Assembly (NCBI GenBank): GCA_964016885.1
Contig: OZ024742.1
Span: 340,504,001 to 340,568,000 of the forward strand
Direction: 5' to 3'
DNA length: 64,000 bases
From: Eledone cirrhosa
Lineage: Eukaryota
Shown here: piece by piece, positions 54,801-64,000 of the stretch
Position numbering within the stretch: position 1 is the stretch's first letter
Layout of the letters: each line of letters starts with the position of its first letter
The notes under the pieces: generated by a model
The model's database searches: none
What the model was told of the DNA's origin: nothing
The model's input: only the letters and a program-made list of their open reading frames with translations
Program-made: the position numbers and the translations under genes

Positions 54801-57800
54801 GGTGACCTACGTATTCTCGAGAGCTCCACAAAGGTTTGTTGTTTTCAGTTGTTTCAAATTGCCAGTTATGGAAAATGTTTATTGTTAAGGGTTTTTAAGT
54901 TCACATATATTGCTTTCTGAAAAGGACACTCAATAATATTGGGGCTTTGAGTCCAAAATTTAAACTTTTATATTTATCAAACAAAATATTTCTTTTAAAA
55001 CAAAAAACATGGACGGCTTCCAGTTACCCATCTCTCCTGTTTCTAACAGAATAACATCCCCACCACCACCACCATTTTAAACCTTGCTACGGTTGCCAAC
55101 ACTGAAAATATAATTAATAGCAGTCTCAATTATTTAGATTTGCCGCATACAAACATGGATTTCCTGTCATTACCAACATCTACAGGTGTTAAAGCCGCCA
55201 TCCCCACCTCCACAATGTTAAAAAGAACAACCAACACCACTGATAGCACCACCACCACCATCACCACCACCACCACCACAGCGACAACAGAAACAAAAAA
55301 TAAATTATTATCTCGTGAAATGGATTCACTCAGAAACGACTCTTCCACGCCGAACACCACTGACACCACCACCACAACTGAAACTAAAAATAATAATACC
55401 CAAAATAACAATAACAACAACAGCAACAACAACAACAATGAGAATAACAACAACAACATAAACACCAGTGCAAAACAAAATATGTCGTTTGCCAAAGCAG
55501 CCAAGAAAAGCGAGACAATCGAGGTGAGCCAGAATGAATTGAATGAAGCCAAGCGAATGGTAAAAAAAGATGGGTACAGGGTCAGTCTCACCCCACCCCC
55601 AATCTAATAAAATGGAGCATCGGCGCCTATGCACCGTGTCATATCGGACGATAAACACAAAATCACGCCGAGTGGAACGGGCATCCGAGTCCCAGATACA
55701 AAAGCTTTGGGACATATGTGGACGCAAAAAACCCACATCAGACGTGGGCAGAAATATGGAATCGTAGACGTGTTTTTTGGAACCCCACAGGAAGCCAGAG
55801 AGCACTCCAAGGCCCCATTAAGAAGTGACGAGTTCACACTCGTCCCAAGCTATTGTGGTCAGAGACTGGTGAAGATCAGGGTGACCCACGTTTCGCCGAC
55901 CATTGAAATTCCCTGGCTAATGGCTGCCGCCCTCGCCCACATCGAGGCCAACACTAAAGTAATTGAGGGGATAAATTTAAAGCAGGAGAACTGGTCCGCA
56001 TCTGGGATGGAGGTCCTGATCCAAGCGGACCAAAAAAAAACAAAGAGGAAATTCCAGAAGTGATACACCTCAATGAGGGCACCCACCTCACCGTAATCGT
56101 TGAGGGTAGAATGTCTTGGTGTGTCGTTTGTGGCGAAGGAACCGACCTAAAGGCTTTCTACCCTCAGGTTTAAAAGTTGAGGCCACTTCTTCTGCCCACC
56201 ACAGTGACTCAACCATCAAAACCAGCAGCAGAAATGGCAGCAACAACAGAAGCAACTGTAGAAGCAACAACAGCAACAGTAGTAAAACCAACAACACCAT
56301 CACCAACACCACAAAAATCACCAACAAGCGAAACAGAAACAAACCCACAACAAACGCAAACAAAACAAAGCAACCAAAACGATACACACTACACAGCATT
56401 AAATTTGAACAACAACCAATTATTACACTACATCCAAGACAACACCAGCATCACAAAAAAAGACTATACACCACCCCAAAAATTCACACACACACATATA
56501 AATCACTCGCATCACACAGAAAACATACACGACACTAAAATTAAAATTCCCCAAGGACATCGGAGACTTCCAACAAACACTTTCCAGGAGGATTTATAAA
56601 GATATCCTTCCAGAGGAGGCCACAAACAGTGAGTAGGACGGAAAAACCATCCTTCCTCCACAAGCAGTGAGGTAAGTGGTCTTTCCCATCTTTTTCCACT
56701 CCTGTTCAACATGACCTCACTCTGAATAGGCAGCATAAATGAGCGTGGCCTGGGGTCGTCATGGAAGCAGGGCCACCTGCTCAACTACCTCAGGTCACTA
56801 AGCATAAATGTGGTGGCCATCAGCCAGACCAGAATTCTCGAAGTACCAGCCTTCGCACCGATCTTCGGCGGCTACGATGTATACGCATCTCCCAGCCGTC
56901 CTGGATCGGGGGGAGGAATTAATGTCCTTTTTCAGAGAGGCTTGGATCTCGCCATACGGGCCATCTTCCTGGGCCCAGAAGCTAAGTTAGTGGTGCTGGA
57001 CGTGACCAGCGGAGACGGGTAAGCTTTCAAGCTAGTGGCCGTCTATGCCCCGACAGGAGCAGGACGGCTTGATTTCTTCCGGCGTCTGGAGACCTTTCTT
57101 GGAACGTCTCGCTCTTTAGTGTTAGACGCACGCTGGGACTGTGTGGGATTAGCGGATAGGGGAGGAGGGTGTAAAAGCCTCGCAAACCTGCTCAGACGTT
57201 TTCAACTGTCTGACAGGTACCGTCTGGATTCCCCGAATGTGCCAATGTGGACTTGGACAAACCGGATCGGGTCATCCAGATCATATCTAGATAGGGTATT
57301 TTGTAGGGAAATAGATAGGTCTAGCATAGGCTGTCACAATTCAAGATAGTCGACTACACGGACCACAATTTCGTGTCTGTGTGGTTGACCTATATAGGCT
57401 TCATAGATAGGAACCCGGCTACTGGAAGCTAAACGCGTCGTTAACAGCGCGCAAGGCCTACAGAGACCGGATTATTGAACTAGTTAAGCGGGCGTTGACG
57501 GGGGCCATCGTCAACAACAAATGGTGATTTGAACTGAAAAGAGCGATTAGATTAGGGTTCATTAGGTTTAGTAAGGCTTTAGCAATAGAGAAAAATAGAG
57601 TAGAGGGAGAACTAGTTAGAGAATTAGACGAGGCGCTTAGTAAAGGCATCGCGACCGACGTACTTGCGGCGAAATTGGCCCTTGACCAATTCTTCAATGC
57701 AAAGGACGAAGGCTGCGTTGTCAGAGCTAGGGTACGTTTTCTCAGACACAAGGGGACGAAAGCCGTTCAATTTGCCCGATTGGCGGAGGCGCGTCGTGGC

Positions 57801-59976
57801 AACAAAGCCACGATCCGGTCTTTGGTGGACCACGACGGGCACATGCTACTCGATCCCGGAAAAATGTGTGAACTTTTTCTGCGACATTTCGCTCAGTTGT
57901 TCGGGGGCAGCGGCGGGGCGAATCGCGGGATGGACTTTATTGCCTACCTCGACGGACTGCCGCAGCTCTCGTACACCAATGCGGAGTTTTGCAAATAGCC
58001 GATAAGAGCCGCTGAAGTACGGGAGGCAATCAGCTCTGTGAGCCGAGGAGCGGTGGCGCTGCTGAGAAAGGATCTGAACAAGGGGGATAACAGATAATTT
58101 CAGGGCCATAACTTTGCTAAATACAGAATTCAAGATTTTGGCTAAGCTGCTAGCAAAGAGGTTGGCGCTTGTCGTTGGTGGTCTGGTGAGAGAGGCGCAG
58201 ACATGCGCCATTCCCGACAGATCCATCCAGGACAACCTCCACCTCATGTGATACATCGTGGAGAGGATAGCTAGGGAACCTGGCACGGGTGGGTCTTTGA
58301 TCAATTTAGATCAGTCGAAAGATTTCGATAGGGTCGATCATCGTTACCTCACGGCAGTCCTGAGGGCGGCTGGCTTTGAGCCCGTCTTCAGAGGCTGGAG
58401 CGCTGCCATGCACAGCGACATCTGCTCTGTGGTGAGAGTGAACGGTCACTTTTCGGAACAGTTCAACATCATGCGCTGGGTCCGCCAAGAATGTCCTCTC
58501 TCGTCCCTGTTGTACGAATTGAATCTCGAGCCATTACTGCACAAACTGGAGACGTTGAGAGGGGTCCCGCGCGAACTAGGATGCGGAAGATCCATGACAG
58601 CATATGTCACCGTAGTGGTGTCGAACCCTGTCACCGTAGTAGTGTCGAACGCCAAACACATCGTGGCGATCGGCACTACACTAAGAGAATACGAGGCGGT
58701 GACAGGAGCAATGATCAACCAGGAAAAGTCGGTGGGCTGCAGCTCGGCACCTGGAGAGGCAGGTCGATGCCGTCCAACAGCGTCGCTAGGCGCTGGACGG
58801 CGGACCGGTTAAATTTCTAGGGGTCTGGTTCGCTCCGGACAAAAGCTGGGACGAGGTGACGAGTAGGGTGGCTTCTCTCACCCACAAATGGGCAGAGAAG
58901 AGGCTATCCCTGAAAGGTCGAGTGGAGGTGGCTAATGCGTAGATCGCGTCCGTCATATACTACCGCCTGACCGTAGTGCCTTGTCCTAAACCTCGCCTGA
59001 CTGCGCTGGAGCGTTTGCTCTTTCGCTTTTCGTGGAAGGGACGCGCTCCGATAGTCAGGCGGTCCATCTGCTGTCAACACCTGCTACGTGGAGGGCTGGG
59101 CGTGCCGAACTTGGCGTTCTATAGAGGATTAGTGGTGGGGACGAGCGACGACGTATTTGGAGAAACTCTAGGCGTCGACGAAAAACAACTAGCCAATCTC
59201 TTCGGAAGAACTTTCGGGCCGGAGCCTATGGACAACTTCCAGAAATCCCTGGCCTGGCAGTGCTACCGATAAACTCTACAGGCATGGAAGTGCCGTGACC
59301 CGGCCATGTCCGAGATGCGCGCAGGGCTTCGAAACCGTCCTGCACACACTCGTCCAGTGTCCAAGTATTGCTGACTTGTGGGTTTATGTCGAACACCTGC
59401 TGTCGCGTGTAGGACGGATCCGGCTATCAGCTGAGTTCATCGTGAGGAATGCCGCGCCCCCTTCCTTTAGCCGGGAAGGGCAGGCAGTTTTTATCTGTCT
59501 GGTGGCCATGGCGAAAGAGATAGTATGGTAGACACGTTTGAAAGGGCTGAAGACGAGCACTTACCTCTTCGGTGATGCCCTGATTAACTTTTTCAAATCT
59601 CATTTGAAAAGGAAAATCAGGGTAGAGAGGAAAGTGCTGTCTCCCCAGCATTTTGTTGAAAGATGGGCGAGAGAGGCAGGAATGGCCTGAGTGAATGGAC
59701 CTACTCTGAGTATGTGCCTGTAAATTGAAGGGGGCAAACTGGGAGAGGGCACTTTCCTTTGGTGGTCCGGGTCACCGTGGGTTTTTTAATGGGCTTTCTC
59801 CACGATAGCCCTCGGAAGTCTCCCTCCTATTGGGGAATTTTCCATTGTTTCTTTTTTGTTACATCCTCTGTTTGGGGTTTTTTACACGCAGAAATGCCCA
59901 TTTGTACCGTCCTGTATTGTCCTGCACTGTCCTTAATGTCTACTTTATGTAAACCCTTGTGGTTAATAAAGAAATC
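54801..59976 (+). mobile_element. Full-span decayed L1/Tx1-clade LINE (Tx1-A): ORF1 from ~55009, ORF2 56711-59723 (APE, RT, zinc motif)
   Basis: GSINERGL, VYAP, SYLDR, FRAITLLNTEFKILAK, LDQSKDFDRVDH, VRQECPLS, CPRC..ETVLHTLVQC; many stops and deletions; (ATT)n on both sides. Confidence 0.92.
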
Positions 59977-59997
59977 ATTATTATTATTATTATTATT

Positions 59998-60377
59998 GTT
60001 ATTGTTATTCCTTGAATCTCAGTCATTGATGTTGGTTAACTGGAAAGTCCGTTGGATTGAATATCAAGCCACTACCTGCAGCCTCAGATATTCAGGACGT
60101 ATCGGAGGGTTCTTGCTGTTCCAAGCAAGCATGCCTTTTGAAGCGTTCCAAAAAGCGTGAAGGGGCCGATTTTCTTTAACCATCCCTGGAAACTTTTGGA
60201 GATAGTCCCCAGTGCGCCTATGACAATCGGGATCACTTTGACTTCATGGCAGTTCCAAATCCTTTTCACCTCCCACTTTAGGTCCTGGTATCGGTTAATT
60301 TTCTCCCTCTCCTTCTCTTGCATTCTCGTGTCGAACGGGCAGGCCACATCCACAATCAGGCACGATCTTTTTTCTTT
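59998..60377 (-). mobile_element. 5'-truncated Dong copy B (about 380 bp)
   Basis: Near-identical to 50181-50560. Confidence 0.95.
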
Positions 60378-60414
60378 AGTAGTAGTAGTAATCATTATTA
60401 TTATTATTATTATT

Positions 60415-61695
60415 GTTATTGTTATTCCTTGAATCTCAGTCATTGATGTTGGTTAACTGGAAAGTCCGTTGGATTGAATATCAAGCCACTACCTGCAGCC
60501 TCAGATATTCAGGACGTATCGGAGGGTTCTTGCCGTTCCAAGCAAGCATGCCTTTTGAAGCGTTCCAAAAAGCGTGAAGGGGCCGATTTTCTTTAACCAT
60601 CCCTGGAAACCTTTGGAGATAGTCCCCAGTGCGCCTATGACAATCGGGATCACTTTGACTTCATGGCAGTTCCAAATCCTTTTCACCTCCCACTTTAGGT
60701 CCTGGTATCGGTTAATTTTCTCCCTCTCCTTCTCTTGCACTCTCGTGTCGAACGGGCAGGCCACATCCACAATCAGGCACGATCTTTTTTCTTTGTCCAC
60801 AACCACCAGGTCAAGTCTATTGTGTTCCAGTTTTTTGTCCGTCTGTATCCTAAAATCCCACAGCACCTTCACCTGACTGTTCTCCATCACCGCCTCTGGC
60901 CTATGCTCATACCATTTCTCAGAATGTGGTAGATTGTTTACTTTGCACAGGTGCCAGTGGATCACCCTGCCCATCACATCGTGTCTCCAGCCCTTATAGT
61001 GGGTCTGGGCTAGGTGTTTACACTCGGACACAATATGAGCCACAGTCTCCTCTCTCTCTCCACAGATCCTGCACAGTGGGCTAGCCTCCTCCTTGTAGAT
61101 ATGGTGCTTCAACCACTTCGTTTTGAGGGCCTGCTCCTGCGCAGCCATTAGCATTCCTTCTGTAGCCTTTTTGAGGTCTCCTCTTCTCAACCAGTTCCAT
61201 GTCTGTGGATCTCTAAATTCAGTTTTCTCAAAGAAGGTACTATGAAGGGATTTTCCCTTAAGGCTGCTCTTCCTCCTTGATGTTATTTCCTCCTTGGATA
61301 TCCCCTGGCCTACTGTCCCCTCCTTCAGTACAGCTCTGAGCATTGGCTCCTTACTATAGGTCACGTATTTGTATAGGTTGTTTTTCTCCATCTGAACACA
61401 GTCCTCTATGCTGATAAGACCTCTTCCACCCTCAGATCTCCTTAGGTAGAGTCTATCGACATCACTCCTCTTGTGGAACATGTTGTAGATAGTCAATAGC
61501 TTCCTAGTCTTCCTATCCATTTCTTTTTGTTCAGCAACATTCCATCTCAGAATTCCCGCACTGTACCTAATAATAGACACAGCTCGGGAATTTACTGCGC
61601 TTATGGCATTTCTGCTGTTCAGATGTGACTTCAATACGCTCCTTACTCTCCGAATGTATTCAGTTCTTAACAATTCCTTCATTTTTTTGTTCTTT
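60415..61695 (-). mobile_element. 5'-truncated Dong copy A (about 1.28 kb; 393-aa open frame)
   Basis: Near-identical to 50181-51461; carries RPD>RLD at the endonuclease motif. Confidence 0.95.
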
Positions 61696-61716
61696 TTTCT
61701 TTAGTAGTAGTAGTAA

Positions 61717-61786
<70 letters not shown>

Positions 61787-64000
61787 GGACGCACATGTGT
61801 GAAGATGGACCAGTCTGCAGGAGAAAAGGTTCGTAACTTTAAGCTGTTTTAAAGTATCATTTTTTGTATTTTCTTGTCGTTAACGAAACATAAGGATACC
61901 TCTTAATATTCGGGCTTTAAGCCCGAATATTCAGATTTATTTTTAAAAAAACCCAAAAAATGGAAGTTTTCGACCTTGAAACGGTAAACAACGTTCAGGT
62001 CAAAAGTTCAAAAGCAGCCACTGTAGATTTCACCACAACTTCGACTGCTACAGACATGCCTGTCATCCAATCCACTGAACGTGAAGGCAAAACTGAAAAG
62101 CTACCATCACAACCTTCTGTGTTAGCCGCAGTATCATCTGAAAACGACATCACCACCACAACAACAACAACTCAGAGCAACAACGACAATAAAACCGACA
62201 GTTTCAATGTAAACACAAATGGCGGTGGCAACATCAACAACAAACAAAACAACAACAACAACACCAATAACAACAGCAAGAACAACACCGACAACAAGAG
62301 CAAGAGAGGCACCACATTTGCTGCAGCAGCAGCAAAATCAAAGCGCTTATTGAATATCGATATTAGCGATAAAGACAAACAGCTGACCCAGGCGTGGAGG
62401 CTAATTAAATGGGAGAAGTCCTTGGCAAACCTGATCATCCCGGACGGGGCAATAACGGCCATGCAAAGGAGAACGATGTACTTTCGATGCATTTCGGTCC
62501 AGACACGAAAAGTGGAACTTGCCAGCCAAGCAGAGGTCGAGGCTGCTTTTTGGAGTGCATCGGAAGTGACATAGAGTATAAAGCAAGAGCCAAATAGTTC
62601 GGTACCATCTCGGTACTGTTCAAAACTGAGGCCCTTGCTATTAAGCACTCGGTGACCCCCTGCAGAACGGAACGCATTATCATGCACCCGTCCTACATGT
62701 GTAAAAAGACAGTAAAGGCCCGCATTCCCAGCATCGCACCAGGAATGAATATATGGTGGTTGCTGGGATGCGTAATCGAGGAGGGGACAGACACTACCCT
62801 CCTGGATATCAAAAGGACAGAGAGAGAAGACTGGTCCGGAATGGATTTGGAGATTCTTCTCCAAATGAAACCGGAGGACATGAACAACATGACGGATTTT
62901 GCCCGCCTGCAGGACGGGACAAAAATCCAACTAATCACTGAGGTAAGAAGGCCACACTGCTTCGTCTGCGGGGAAGCAACGCATCTGCAAGCCTTCTGCC
63001 CTCAGCGCAAAAATGCAGGGCGTCGCAAATCTACTTTGTTGCCAACGCCAGTGTTAGCACGTAAAGCTGCACCACCACCACCAAAAACAACACGAACAAA
63101 GACACGGACACCAACATCAAAAACAGCCGGACCACCACCAACACTGAAACCAATTCAAGGGGAAAACGAGGAAAGCTCCCCCCCCCACCAATTATACACA
63201 TAGACAAAACGATAAACGCACACACAGGCACAGAGACACTCACAGCCACAGACCCTTTGTCTTCTAGCAGCGAAGATGAAGGAAAACCCAAAAGTGCAAA
63301 AAAACAGAGAAAACTCATCAAAAAAGCCCCAACAAAACACAAAAACATACACCACTAACGCAAACACTTTCCCAATAACATCAGCACCAACAGCAGCATC
63401 GACACCACCACCCACAATCCCTGAAACGCAAATAACCTAAACAAACACAAGTACAAATGAACACACAAATACCTGAAATTGCAGACACCATACCTACAAC
63501 AAACACAGACACACCCGAAACAACACCACCAAAACCATCACCACCACAGTCACCAAAACGAAAACAAATAAAACCACACCAACAAAATGTTAAAAACTTC
63601 GAGCTTGTCAGAAGGGCCAACGATAAACTGATGGCTCTCTTAGCACGAAGCGAGGACATTCAAACAGAGGGGAGATTTTTGAAATGAGCACATTTTGCGT
63701 GCCAGAAGATTTGCTTCTGGTCCGAATGTCACTCGATTCCTTCAAAGAAATTCGGGAGAGCTTTCCTCAAGACGGGGAAACCCCAAATGTGAAACACACA
63801 TCGAGAATTTTAAATGGGTTCCCAAAAGAAACCCCACCAACGCTGGAGGTCGAACCACCCGACCTTCACAAGACCCCGGGAGGTAAGTAAATATTCCCTC
63901 TCTCTTTTAGCTTGCCACCATGGCCATATTAAGAGTAGGAAGTTTAAATGTTCGCGGCTTGGGGTCACCCTGGAAGCAGGTTCGCCTGCTCAATGACTTC
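61787..64000 (+). mobile_element. Second Tx1-clade family (Tx1-B): 5' UTR, disrupted ORF1 (61960-63890), start of ORF2 (63920, cut by window end)
   Basis: CFVCGEATHLQAFC knuckle; EDWSGMDLEILLQ resembles Tx1-A ENWSASGMEVLIQ; ORF2 begins MAILRVGSLNVRGLG (APE motif I). Confidence 0.9.

Noticed and set aside
59998-60377. Dong B as a deletion product of a tandem duplication of A
   Set aside because: B differs from A at several sites (one shared with the full-length copy), and the TSD model explains the 12-bp junction match without coincidence. Disfavoured, not excluded.

Overview
AT-rich, microsatellite-saturated animal DNA. The SINE types, Dong/R4, Tx1 and Penelope load suggest a cephalopod (Octopus-like) intergenic or intronic region; this is inference. 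No host gene can be identified, and most listed ORFs are read-throughs of simple repeats. The window holds one intact-ORF Dong/R4-type retrotransposon (RT + CCHC + RLE, 50267-53659, minus) with two 5'-truncated sister copies, three L1/Tx1-clade copies, two decayed Penelope-like elements (PLEs), CRE and RTE remnants, about 20 tRNA-type SINE copies, two non-autonomous Helitrons and two minisatellites. Three signals stand out. (1) At least eight families of small non-coding elements sit in (TA)n or (CA)n, most with a fold-back plus partial-tandem architecture and hammerhead or variant-hammerhead motifs, i.e. retrozyme-like, probably Penelope-mobilised mini-elements. (2) A 14-kb nest built on one (ATT)n tract, where SINE/Tx1 and Dong insert in opposite polarity and long TSDs give the insertion order. 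(3) The SINE 3' tail matches the Tx1 3' end, and the Dong element carries a Tx1-like 5' leader. Element boundaries inside repeats are approximate and all RNA folds were done by eye.
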